64,000 nucleotides of DNA. It comes from an uncultured Aurantimonas sp. GTDB taxonomy: Bacteria > Pseudomonadota > Alphaproteobacteria > Rhizobiales > Rhizobiaceae. The translations under genes and the position numbers were made by a program. Positions 8,758 through 17,673 of this stretch are shown here, in pieces. The notes beneath the pieces were generated by a model, which saw only the letters and a program-made list of their open reading frames with translations, did not search any database and was not told the origin of the DNA. The DNA is taken from assembly GCA_947488615.1 (NCBI GenBank), contig CANKZU010000011.1:6471-70470 (forward strand), read 5' to 3'. Numbering within the stretch: the stretch's first letter is position 1; the number at the start of each line of letters is the position of its first letter.

Positions 8758-9738
8758 TCAAGGTGATGGCAGCGATCTGATCCAACCGGTGATCTGGTCG
8801 GCAAGGGCGTCGGTCGTCCCCTGAGACAGAATTTCGCCGGCAATGACGTGGTTCTCCGGATCGCCGCTGGACGGCACCAGAACGGTCTTCGTCGGGCTGC
8901 CCCAGCGCGCCATCACCTCCGCGGTAGCGGTTGGATCGACGATCCGGTCCTGCGGCGAGAATAGCGCGAGCGCCGGGATCATGATGGTCGACAGGTCTAC
9001 CGCCAGGGTGGCGCGGATGAGCGCGGCCACCGGCACCAGCGCGCCGACCGGGTAACGTGTCGTCCAGTTCTCGGATTGCGCCTGATTGACCGGGGTAAAG
9101 CCCTGCATGGCGCCGTCGATCCGCGGCAGGATTTTTCGCGCAAAGGGTAAATCCAGAAGGAACGCGCGGCGGTTCTGAAGGCCGAAATTCGGCGAAACCA
9201 GAACCAGTCCTTCGACGCCGTCCATCAAGCCGGGAACGGTGGCGCCGAGCGTCGCCAGCGTGCCTCCGGTCGATGTCCCGATGACGACGACGCGTTTGCC
9301 GATCATTCGGCCGATGGCGATGGCCTCGGCGAGATCGTTGACCCAGTCGTTGACCCGCGTCTGTTCCATCGCGGCCGGATCGCGGCCGTGGCCAGTCAGG
9401 CGCGTGTAGAAAAGGTTGGCATGTAGCGCTTCCGCGACGTCGTCGGCGAGCGGGCGCGTTTCGGCCTTCGTCGCCGAGAAGCCATGGACGTAGATGATGG
9501 CGAGCGGCGTCCTGGCGCGCGAGGCGGGGAACGCCCAGACAATCTCCTTCTGGGCATTAGGCCGCAGGTTGGGAATGTCCGCCTCGCTGCGCAGGAGGTA
9601 GGCGTCGGGGTCTCGGCCGATCGCCGCCGGATTGAAATGAACTGTCGTGTCGACCGGTTCGCGCGGGGCAAGGAACCAGAAGCCGGCTGCTGCCAGCAGC
9701 AGGAGGAAACCGAGAGCGAGAGAGATGCGCAGAATCAC
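8758..9738 (-). CDS. Alpha/beta hydrolase (esterase/lysophospholipase-like) with N-terminal membrane anchor
   Basis: IIYVHGFSA oxyanion motif, RLTGHG, nucleophile elbow GTSTGG, candidate Asp (QDRIV) and His (NHVIAG). Confidence 0.85.
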   Translation of the reverse strand: MILRISLALGFLLLLAAAGFWFLAPREPVDTTVHFNPAAIGRDPDAYLLRSEADIPNLRPNAQKEIVWAFPASRARTPLAIIYVHGFSATKAETRPLADDVAEALHANLFYTRLTGHGRDPAAMEQTRVNDWVNDLAEAIAIGRMIGKRVVVIGTSTGGTLATLGATVPGLMDGVEGLVLVSPNFGLQNRRAFLLDLPFARKILPRIDGAMQGFTPVNQAQSENWTTRYPVGALVPVAALIRATLAVDLSTIMIPALALFSPQDRIVDPTATAEVMARWGSPTKTVLVPSSGDPENHVIAGEILSQGTTDALADQITGWIRSLPSP

Positions 9739-9827
9739 GAGAACCGTCCATTCGCGGCGGAAGATGAGCCTGCTCTACCGCGTCTGTCGGCGTCGGAAAA
9801 CCATTGGTCGCGAATCCGCTTCGCGCC

Positions 9828-10766
9828 TCAGCCTGCGGCCTCGACGACACGGCGGATGAGGGCACCGACCATCAGGTCGAGATGCGCGCCGCCGCCATTC
9901 TTGAAGACAGTGATGGCGTGAGGGCCGCTGCGACCTGCCTTGCCGGTGCACAGATCAGCGAGGTCGCCGCGGACGGTTTCGCGCGTGATTGTCCCGGCGT
10001 CGAGCGGGATTTGAATCTCGCCGATATGGCCGAATGTGGTGCGGCGCGAATCGACGAACAGCTCCGAGCGCGTCAGCACAGCGTCGTCGGCCTCGCGCAT
10101 GTCGGGGCGGAACGCGCCGATGAGGTCGACATGCGTGCCCGGCTTCAGCCATTTGCCCTTGAGGAACGGCTCCGTGGCCATTGTCGCGGTCGAGACGATG
10201 TCTGCCTCTCCGACGGTCGTCGCGAGATCGGTGGCGGTCGCGACTGGGATGCGGGCGCCGGAGAATTCGGTCGCGAGACGCTCGGCTTTGTCGCAGGTGC
10301 GGTTCCAGACGGTGATCTGTTCAAGGTCGGGAAAGATCTCGCAATAGGCATCGATCAGCGAATGGGCGACGGTGCCGGCGCCGCAAATCAGCAACCGGCC
10401 CGAATTCGGGCGCGCCAGCAGCCGGGCGCCGAGAACCGAGTCCCCCGCCGTCTTCCATTTGGTGACGAGGATGCCGTCGATGAGGGCGACCGGCGCGCCG
10501 GTTGCGTCGTCGAACAGGAGCATTCCACCCTGGATCGACGGAAGCGGCGGGGCCTTGTTTTGGTTCTGTGGGTAGATCGTGACGGATTTCAGCGCGATGC
10601 CGAGCCCTTCGATCCAAGCCCCGCGGTTGAGCAGGCTGCGGCCTGACTGCGACAACAAAAGGTCGCCGATCTCGGCCTCGGGCAGACGGTGGCCCTCGGC
10701 GATCGCGTCGGCGACGGCCGTCCAATCGAGCAGCGGATCGGCCTCGTCGAAACCGATGAACCTCAT
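9828..10766 (-). CDS. Ornithine cyclodeaminase / mu-crystallin family protein
   Basis: Start MRFIGFDEA overlaps the upstream stop. Motifs KWKTAGDS, LLICGAGTVA, GTHVDLIGAFRPDMREADD and FKNGGGAHLDL. Confidence 0.88.
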   Translation of the reverse strand: MRFIGFDEADPLLDWTAVADAIAEGHRLPEAEIGDLLLSQSGRSLLNRGAWIEGLGIALKSVTIYPQNQNKAPPLPSIQGGMLLFDDATGAPVALIDGILVTKWKTAGDSVLGARLLARPNSGRLLICGAGTVAHSLIDAYCEIFPDLEQITVWNRTCDKAERLATEFSGARIPVATATDLATTVGEADIVSTATMATEPFLKGKWLKPGTHVDLIGAFRPDMREADDAVLTRSELFVDSRRTTFGHIGEIQIPLDAGTITRETVRGDLADLCTGKAGRSGPHAITVFKNGGGAHLDLMVGALIRRVVEAAG

Positions 10767-11314
10767 GTGGTTTCCTTCTCCGCAGCCTGCGTTTTCGCCT
10801 CGATCGCCGGCGTCTGGACCCGCCGCGTCGCATAGGGACGAAATCCATGCCTGCGATAGAGCGGCAGGGCCGCCGGATGGTCGAGCGTGTTGGTCTCCAG
10901 CGTCAAACGACCGGCACCCTCGGCGAACCCGACCGCGATCGCCTTGCTCAACAGGTAGTCGGCAAAGCCGCGGCCGCGAAACGCCGGCAGGATGCCGAAA
11001 TGCACGATCCGCGCTTCGCGGAGCGCGGGACGCATCTCGATTTCGAACCAGCCGGCGACGATCTCGTCGCATAAGAGCACAAAGATGCGCGTCGTCTCGT
11101 TGTGGATTTCCCGGCTCAGCTGGTCGTCGGGCAGCAGTCGCGAGGTCCAGTGATGGGCATCGCCGAGCGCGCGGTACAGCATCCGGTAGCTGTCAAGCCG
11201 GATGTCGCGAACGCGCGTCACGGCGAGCAGTTCGTCGCAGGGCGGTTCCGGCACGTCGGTTTGCCGAGGCTCGCGTAGTTCCAGGCTGGTGACCTGTGTC
11301 GTCAGCAGGCGCAT
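10763..11314 (-). CDS. GNAT family N-acetyltransferase
   Basis: Acetyl-CoA motif FGILPAFRGRGFADYLL, LETNTLDHPAALPLYRRHGF. Confidence 0.85.
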   Translation of the reverse strand: MRLLTTQVTSLELREPRQTDVPEPPCDELLAVTRVRDIRLDSYRMLYRALGDAHHWTSRLLPDDQLSREIHNETTRIFVLLCDEIVAGWFEIEMRPALREARIVHFGILPAFRGRGFADYLLSKAIAVGFAEGAGRLTLETNTLDHPAALPLYRRHGFRPYATRRVQTPAIEAKTQAAEKETT

Positions 11315-11318
11315 CGTA

Positions 11319-12164
11319 TCAGCGACCGGTTTCGACCGGCGTATCGGCGGCCGAGCCCCACTCGGTCCAGGAGCCGTCGTAAAGTGCGGATTGGCGGTTG
11401 CCGAGCGATTCCAGCGCCAGGTTGATGACGGCGGCGGTCACGCCCGAGCCGCAGCTGGTGACCACCGGCGCCTCGGGATCGAGCCCGGCCTCGGCGAAGG
11501 CGGCCCGCAAGGCGGCGTCCGATTTCAGTCGGCCATTTTCGGAGAGCGCCATGAACGGCAGGTTGAAGGCGCCCGGCATGTGACCGGCGCGCACCCCGGC
11601 GCGCGGTTCCGGCGCCTCACCGGCGAAACGGGTGGCGGGACGGGCATCGGCGATCTGCGGGCGGCCGCCCACCACTGCGGCCTTGACCTCGTCGAGCGAG
11701 GCGATGGCGCTGCGATCGAAGGATACGGCGAAGGTGACGGCTTCGGGTGACCCGGTTCCGGTCTCGACCGGCAGTCCCGCCTCTTGCCAGGCCGGAAAGC
11801 CGCCGTCGAGGACGCGCACGTCTTTCGCCCCGAAAGTGCGCAGCAGCCACCAGACGCGCGGCGCGGTGAACAATCCGACGCCATCATAGACGACGATCGT
11901 ATCGGTCTCCGAAATGCCGAGATCACTGACTGCTGCGGCGAAGACCTCCGGCGAGGGCAACGTGTGCGGTAAATTCGAATCGGGGTCGACGATTTCGTCC
12001 TGATCGAAGAAGACGGCGCCGGGAATGTGTGCGGCGTCGAACTCGGGCCGGCCGAGACGGTTCTGCGCCGGCAGGTACCAGGAGGCGTCGATGATCGACA
12101 GACCCGGCTGGCCGAGATGCTCGGCAAGGTCGGCAGGCGCGATGAGAAACGGGTTCTGGCTCAT
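11319..12164 (-). CDS. sseA: 3-mercaptopyruvate sulfurtransferase (tandem rhodanese)
   Basis: IIDASWYLP, HIPGAVFFD, active-site CGSGVTA, LYDGSWTEWG. Confidence 0.93.
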   Translation of the reverse strand: MSQNPFLIAPADLAEHLGQPGLSIIDASWYLPAQNRLGRPEFDAAHIPGAVFFDQDEIVDPDSNLPHTLPSPEVFAAAVSDLGISETDTIVVYDGVGLFTAPRVWWLLRTFGAKDVRVLDGGFPAWQEAGLPVETGTGSPEAVTFAVSFDRSAIASLDEVKAAVVGGRPQIADARPATRFAGEAPEPRAGVRAGHMPGAFNLPFMALSENGRLKSDAALRAAFAEAGLDPEAPVVTSCGSGVTAAVINLALESLGNRQSALYDGSWTEWGSAADTPVETGR

Positions 12165-12266
12165 GGGAGGCCTCGGGGCAGGGCGGGCCGCGACGATAAG
12201 GTAGGCGGCCAGTAAGGATAGTCCAGTGACGCGCGCACCGGCAAGGCCGCGGGCTAGGCGAGAGGG

Positions 12267-13007
12267 TCAGCCGGGCAGAGGGCCGAAGCGAATGCGAAAG
12301 CGGCGGTTCAACTTGCCCTTCTTTTCGATCTTGCCGATGTGGATCTCGCCGACCTCGCCGGTTTCCTGCACATGGGTTCCGCCACAGGGTTGGGTATCGA
12401 GCATCCCTTCATCGCCGATGCACACCAATCGGATCCGGCCCGAACCGCGCGGCGGCTTGACGTTGGCGGATTTCACCAGTCCGGGATTGGCATCGAGTTC
12501 GGCCTCGGTGATCCAACGGGTGAAGACCGGATGGTTCGCGGCAACCAGGTCCATCAATTGCGCAGTGACGCCGGCCTTGTCGGCGGAGGCGTCGGGGATG
12601 TCGAAATCGATGCGGCTTTCCTCCTCGCCCACGGCGGCGCCGGTGATCGGAAACGGGCAGACGACAGTGAGAAGATGGCAGGCGGTGTGCATCCGCATCA
12701 GCTTGTAGCGCCGCTTCCAGTCGACATGCAGCACCAGGGTCTCGCCGGCCGTGGGGAGGGTCGCGCCCTCCTCGGCGAGCATCACCACCGTTGCCTTGTC
12801 CGATGCATACACCGTGTCGACGATCTTGATCTGATGCCCGTCCGCGGTCTCCACGAAGCCGGTATCGCCGGGCTGGCCGCCGCCGGCCGCGAAGAAATTG
12901 GTTCGCTCAAAAACCAGGCCGCGCTCGCCCTCGATGCGTGTCAGCGACGCTTCCATGGTCGAAAGATAGGCGTCGTCCTGATAGACGCGCTCGGTCGCCG
13001 CGCTCAT
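12267..13007 (-). CDS. alaX: Alanyl-tRNA editing protein (AlaX-M type)
   Basis: Likely start MSAATERVYQDDAY, overlapping the cysK stop. RTNFFAAGGGQPGD, Zn motifs MRMHTACHLL and QPCGGTH. Confidence 0.9.
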   Translation of the reverse strand: MSAATERVYQDDAYLSTMEASLTRIEGERGLVFERTNFFAAGGGQPGDTGFVETADGHQIKIVDTVYASDKATVVMLAEEGATLPTAGETLVLHVDWKRRYKLMRMHTACHLLTVVCPFPITGAAVGEEESRIDFDIPDASADKAGVTAQLMDLVAANHPVFTRWITEAELDANPGLVKSANVKPPRGSGRIRLVCIGDEGMLDTQPCGGTHVQETGEVGEIHIGKIEKKGKLNRRFRIRFGPLPG

Positions 13008-14044
13008 CCGACCGGCTCGAACGGAATGTCGAAGGTGGGCGTCTTCTCGATCCATTCGGGCACCGGCAGGTCCTTGGAGCGCAGGAAGTCCGGGTTGAAC
13101 ATCTTCGACTGATACCGATTGCCGTAGTCGCACAGGATGGTCACGATGGTGTGGCCGGGACCCATCTCCCTGGCCATGCGAATGGCGCCGGCGATGTTGA
13201 TTCCGGACGAGCCGCCGAGGCACAATCCTTCCTGCATCACCAGATCGAAGACGATCCTCAGAGCCTCGTCATCGGGGACCTGAAAGGCGAAATCCGGCGT
13301 GTAGCCTTCCAGATTGGCGGTGACGCGGCCCTGGCCGATGCCCTCGGTGATCGAGGAGCCTTCCGACTTCAACTCGCCATGGGCGTACCAATTGTAGAGC
13401 GCGGCGCCCATCGGGTCGGCGATGGCGGTCTTGATCTGTCCCGAGCGACGCTTGAGCCCCTTGGCGACACCGGCCAGCGTGCCGCCGGTGCCGACCGCAC
13501 AGACGAAGCCATCGACCTCGCCGGCCGTCTGGTGCCAGATCTCCTCGGCGGTGGTCACCACATGGCCTTCGCGGTTGGCGACATTGTCGAACTGGTTCGC
13601 CCAGATCGCGCCGGCCGGATGACTTTTCGCCAGCTGCTCGGCGAGGCGGCCCGACAGTTTCACGTAGTTGTTCGGATTCTTGTAGGGAACCGCCGGCACC
13701 TCGACCAACTCGGCGCCCATCAGGCGCAGCGCGTCCTTCTTTTCCTCGCTCTGGGTTTCGGGAATGACGATCACGGTGTGATATCCGAGCGCGTCGGCAA
13801 CCAGCGAAAGGCCGATGCCGGTGTTGCCCGCCGTGCCCTCGACGATGATGCCGCCGGGCTTCAACAGGCCTTTTTCCTCGGCGTCGCGGACGATGAACAG
13901 GCCGGCGCGGTCCTTGACCGACTGTCCGGGGTTCAGAAATTCCGCCTTGCCGTAGATTTCGCATCCGGTCGTCTCGGATGCCTTGTGAAGCCGGATCAGC
14001 GGCGTGTTGCCGATGGCATCGAGAACGGAATTGTATCGGGACAT
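13004..14044 (-). CDS. cysK: Cysteine synthase (O-acetylserine sulfhydrylase)
   Basis: IGNTPLIRL, PLP lysine motif EFLNPGQSVKDR, EGTAGNTGIGL, VGTGGTLAG, TEGIGQG and LGGSSGIN. Confidence 0.93.
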   Translation of the reverse strand: MSRYNSVLDAIGNTPLIRLHKASETTGCEIYGKAEFLNPGQSVKDRAGLFIVRDAEEKGLLKPGGIIVEGTAGNTGIGLSLVADALGYHTVIVIPETQSEEKKDALRLMGAELVEVPAVPYKNPNNYVKLSGRLAEQLAKSHPAGAIWANQFDNVANREGHVVTTAEEIWHQTAGEVDGFVCAVGTGGTLAGVAKGLKRRSGQIKTAIADPMGAALYNWYAHGELKSEGSSITEGIGQGRVTANLEGYTPDFAFQVPDDEALRIVFDLVMQEGLCLGGSSGINIAGAIRMAREMGPGHTIVTILCDYGNRYQSKMFNPDFLRSKDLPVPEWIEKTPTFDIPFEPVG

Positions 14045-14457
14045 GAGGCGAAGGACTCGAAAAGCGCGTGGGACAGGGTTCGAGCGAACCTATGGCCGCC
14101 GGGCGGGGGAGGCAAGGATGCCGTGCGTCTCGCGTGACACGCCTCGCGAGATCATCACATCGGGCGGCAGGCATGTCCAGCGGGCGCGATCGGAGCGGTC
14201 TGACGGGATCGGAGGCGGTCGGAGCCACCCGGTCTCGGCCGCACGGCGAATCCCGACCGTCTCCTGAAATACGGTCGACGAAGCCGGCGACATTAGGCTT
14301 TAGTCGTATTCGGATCGCCCCGTCGCTCCTTGCCAACCAGGCGGGTGTCCATGATAGTAGCCGAGGCCGCCGGGAGGGATCGGTTCGCCACAATGCATCG
14401 GCTTGTGTGTGAACCAGGTTCCGCAAGACCGGGCGCGAATTTTAAGGGAGGAATTAC

Positions 14458-15597
14458 GTGACAGACATTCAATCCAAGGCCGTCAACCGCCGCTCGTTTC
14501 TGAAGAAGAGCGTCATCGGCGGTGGAGCGGCAGCCGCAGCGACCGCGCTCGCGACACCGGCCGTGCTGGCCCAGTCGCCGCTCGTCGTGAAGATGCAGAC
14601 GTCCTGGCCGGCATCCGACATCTGGATGGACATGGCCAAGCAGTATGTCGACCGGGTGGAGGCGATGTCCGGCGGCCGGATCAAGATCGACCTTCTGCCG
14701 GCCGGCGCCGTCGTCGCGGCCTTCCAGGTCATGGACGCGGTCAATGACGGCGTGCTGGACGCGGCTCATTCGGTGTCCGCCTACTGGTACGGCAAGAACA
14801 AGGCGGCTTCGCTGTTCGGCACCGGCCCGGTGTTCGGCGGTAATCCGACCACCATGATGTCCTGGTTCTATCAGGGTGGCGGTCGCGAGCTTTATCGCGA
14901 ACTGACCCAGGACACGATGGGCCTCAACGTGGTCGGCCTGCTCGGCTTCCCGATGCCGGCGCAGCCGTTCGGCTGGTTCAAGGAGCCGGTCAACAGCGTC
15001 GCCGATATCAAGGGCTTCAAATATCGGACCGTCGGCCTTGCGGCGGACCTGATGCAGTCCATGGGAATGAGCGTGGCGCAGCTTCCGGGCGGCGAGATCG
15101 TGCCGGCTATGGAGCGCGGCGTGATCGACGCGTTCGAGTTCAACAACCCGTCGTCCGATATGCGTTTCGGCGCGCAGGACGTGGCCAAGAACTACTATCT
15201 CGGTTCCTACCATCAGGCGAGTGAGGCCTTCGAATTCCTCTTCAACAAGGACTTCATGGACGATCTCGACGACGATCTGCGGGCGATCATGGAATATAGC
15301 GTCGAGGCGGCATCGACGGCCAACACGGCTTATGCGCTCGACAATTATTCCTCCGATCTACAGAAGCTGCAGGACGAGAATGGTGTGACCGTGCGCCAGA
15401 CGCCGCAGGAAATCCTGCAGGCGGAGCTGGAGGCCTGGAGCACCATGATCGTTGATCTGGAGAGCGATCCCTTCATCAAGAAGGTGCTCGACAGTCAGCG
15501 CGCCTGGGTCGAGCGGGTGACCTATTACGAGCTCCTGAATTCGCCGGACTACCGCCTGGCCTACGAGCATTTCTTCCCCGGCAAACTGCCGAGCTGA
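14458..15597 (+). CDS. TRAP transporter substrate-binding protein (DctP/TakP-like), Tat-type signal
   Basis: GTG after aagggagg. NRRSFLKK twin-arginine signal, KMQTSWP, LPGGEIVPAMERGVIDAFEF. Confidence 0.92.
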   Translation: MTDIQSKAVNRRSFLKKSVIGGGAAAAATALATPAVLAQSPLVVKMQTSWPASDIWMDMAKQYVDRVEAMSGGRIKIDLLPAGAVVAAFQVMDAVNDGVLDAAHSVSAYWYGKNKAASLFGTGPVFGGNPTTMMSWFYQGGGRELYRELTQDTMGLNVVGLLGFPMPAQPFGWFKEPVNSVADIKGFKYRTVGLAADLMQSMGMSVAQLPGGEIVPAMERGVIDAFEFNNPSSDMRFGAQDVAKNYYLGSYHQASEAFEFLFNKDFMDDLDDDLRAIMEYSVEAASTANTAYALDNYSSDLQKLQDENGVTVRQTPQEILQAELEAWSTMIVDLESDPFIKKVLDSQRAWVERVTYYELLNSPDYRLAYEHFFPGKLPS

Positions 15598-15620
15598 TTA
15601 TCCGACGCAGAACAATCTAA

Positions 15621-15654
15621 TGCCCGGCGGCCATTTCCGCCGGGCAGCCTTTCT
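15621..15654 (+). terminator. Stem-loop between TRAP SBP and small permease genes (terminator or mRNA-stabilising hairpin)
   Basis: TGCCCGGCGG/CCGCCGGGCA perfect 10-bp stem followed by a short T run. Confidence 0.55.
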
Positions 15655-15673
15655 GCACTAGGATCGGGAAGTC

Positions 15674-16258
15674 ATGGTCGCTTTCATTCGTTTTGCCGAT
15701 TCTCTATCGGCGGCCTTCGGCAAGGCCTTCGCCTGGCTGATCATTCTGATGACGTTCGGCACGAGCTACGAGGTCTTCGTCCGCTACGTGCTAGGCAATC
15801 CGACGGCATGGGCGCTGGACGTCTCCTTCATCATGTACGGCACACTCTTCATGATGGGTGGGGCCTACACCCTCTCGCGCGGCGGCCACGTCCGCGGCGA
15901 TTTCCTTTATCGGCTGTGGAAACCGCGAACGCAGGCGACGGTCGACCTCGTGCTCTACGTCTTCTTCTTTTTTCCGGGTGTGACGGCGCTGATCTTCGCC
16001 GGATGGAAATACGCGGCTCGCTCCTGGCAATACGGTGAGGTCAGCGTCAATAGCCCGGCCGGCATCCCGATCTTTCAGTTCAAGACCGTGATCGTTGCCG
16101 CAGGTATCCTGCTCTTCATTCAGGGCATCGCCGAGATGTTCCGGTGCGTTCAATGCATTCGCACCGGTACCTGGCTGCGCGCGGACGAGGACGTGGAGGA
16201 AACCGAGGACGCCATTCTCAACAAGGCAACCAAAGCCGAAAGCGACGCCCACCCATGA
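15674..16258 (+). CDS. TRAP transporter small permease (DctQ)
   Basis: Four TM segments, YEVFVRYVLGNPTAWA and HVRGDFLY. Confidence 0.9.
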   Translation: MVAFIRFADSLSAAFGKAFAWLIILMTFGTSYEVFVRYVLGNPTAWALDVSFIMYGTLFMMGGAYTLSRGGHVRGDFLYRLWKPRTQATVDLVLYVFFFFPGVTALIFAGWKYAARSWQYGEVSVNSPAGIPIFQFKTVIVAAGILLFIQGIAEMFRCVQCIRTGTWLRADEDVEETEDAILNKATKAESDAHP

Positions 16259-17673
16259 CGGATCCCCAACTCGCCCTGACCATGCTGGGGTTGTTTATTT
16301 TTCTCGTCTTCCTCGGCTTTCCGATCGCATTCACGCTGATGGCGATGGGCATCGGTTTCGGCTATTATGCCTATTTCGACGATATACGCATGTGGCGCGG
16401 CTACAATCGCCTCGATGAGACGGCGAGCAACTGGGACAGTTTTTCGCTCTGGGTCGACGGCTTTTTCAGTAACAACGTCTTCGACTTGTTCATCAACCAG
16501 ACCTACACGGTGATGTCGAATGAGGTGCTGACGGCGGTCCCGTTGTTCCTGTTCATGGGTTACATCGTCGAGCGGGCGAATATCGTCGACCGTCTGTTCA
16601 CCACCCTCAACATCGCTTCAAAAAACGTACCTGGTTCGATGGGGGTCGCGGCACTGATTACCTGCGCTCTGTTCGCGACCGCGACAGGCATCGTTGGGGC
16701 GGTCGTGACACTGATGGGCTTGCTCGCTCTGCCCGCAATGCTGAATGCGCGCTACGATAAATCATTCGCGGCCGGAATCATCTGTGCCGGTGGCACGCTC
16801 GGGATCCTGATTCCGCCGTCGATCATGCTGATCGTCTATGCGGCGGCGTCCGGCGTTTCGATCGTTCGGCTTTATGCGGGCGCCTTGTTGCCCGGCCTGA
16901 TGCTGGTCAGCCTTTATCTGGTCTATGTCGTCGGACGATCGATCCTCCAGCCCTCCGTCGCGCCACGTCCAACCTCCGACGAGGTTCCCGACGTCCCGTT
17001 CGTGCGTATGACGGTGATGATCCTGACGTCCTTCCTGCCGCTCGCTTTTTTGATTTTTGCAGTGCTCGGCTCGATCCTGCTCGGCCTGGCCACTCCGACG
17101 GAAGCAGCGGCCATCGGAGCTTTGGGCGGTATGCTCCTGGCGCTTGGCTATCGCGCACTGACGTTCCAGCGCTTGCGCGAGTCGGTCTATCTGACCGTTC
17201 GGACGACGGCGATGGTCTGCTGGCTTTTCGTTGGCTCCTACATTTTCTCGTCGGTGTTTTCGTATCTCGGCGGTGAGCAGTTGATTTCCAACTTCGTCGA
17301 AGGCCTCGACATCACGCCGCTGCAGTTCCTGCTACTGGCACAGCTGATCATCTTCCTGCTTGGCTGGCCGTTGGAATGGTCGGAAATCATCATCATCTTC
17401 GTGCCGATCTTCCTGCCGCTGCTGGCCATTTTCGATATCGATCCGCTGTTCTTCGGCATTCTCGTCGCGCTCAACCTGCAGACGTCGTTCCTGACGCCGC
17501 CAATGGCGATGTCGGCCTATTATCTGAAGGGCATCGCGCCGCCGGAGGTGAAGCTGACCGATATCTTTGCGGGCATTATGCCATTCCTGCTGATGGTCTT
17601 CATCGCGATGGCGATGATCTACATCTTCCCGCAGACGGTCTACTACCTGCCGCAAGCCTTCTATGGCCGGTGA
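16255..17673 (+). CDS. TRAP transporter large permease (DctM)
   Basis: ATGA overlap with dctQ. LGFPIAFTL, AVPLFLFMG, GGTLGILIPPSIMLIVY and SFLTPP. Confidence 0.92.
   Translation: MTDPQLALTMLGLFIFLVFLGFPIAFTLMAMGIGFGYYAYFDDIRMWRGYNRLDETASNWDSFSLWVDGFFSNNVFDLFINQTYTVMSNEVLTAVPLFLFMGYIVERANIVDRLFTTLNIASKNVPGSMGVAALITCALFATATGIVGAVVTLMGLLALPAMLNARYDKSFAAGIICAGGTLGILIPPSIMLIVYAAASGVSIVRLYAGALLPGLMLVSLYLVYVVGRSILQPSVAPRPTSDEVPDVPFVRMTVMILTSFLPLAFLIFAVLGSILLGLATPTEAAAIGALGGMLLALGYRALTFQRLRESVYLTVRTTAMVCWLFVGSYIFSSVFSYLGGEQLISNFVEGLDITPLQFLLLAQLIIFLLGWPLEWSEIIIIFVPIFLPLLAIFDIDPLFFGILVALNLQTSFLTPPMAMSAYYLKGIAPPEVKLTDIFAGIMPFLLMVFIAMAMIYIFPQTVYYLPQAFYGR

Noticed and set aside
14045-14457. SAM or other riboswitch between cysK and the TRAP operon
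   Set aside because: Only isolated GC hairpins are present, and I could not match any riboswitch consensus.
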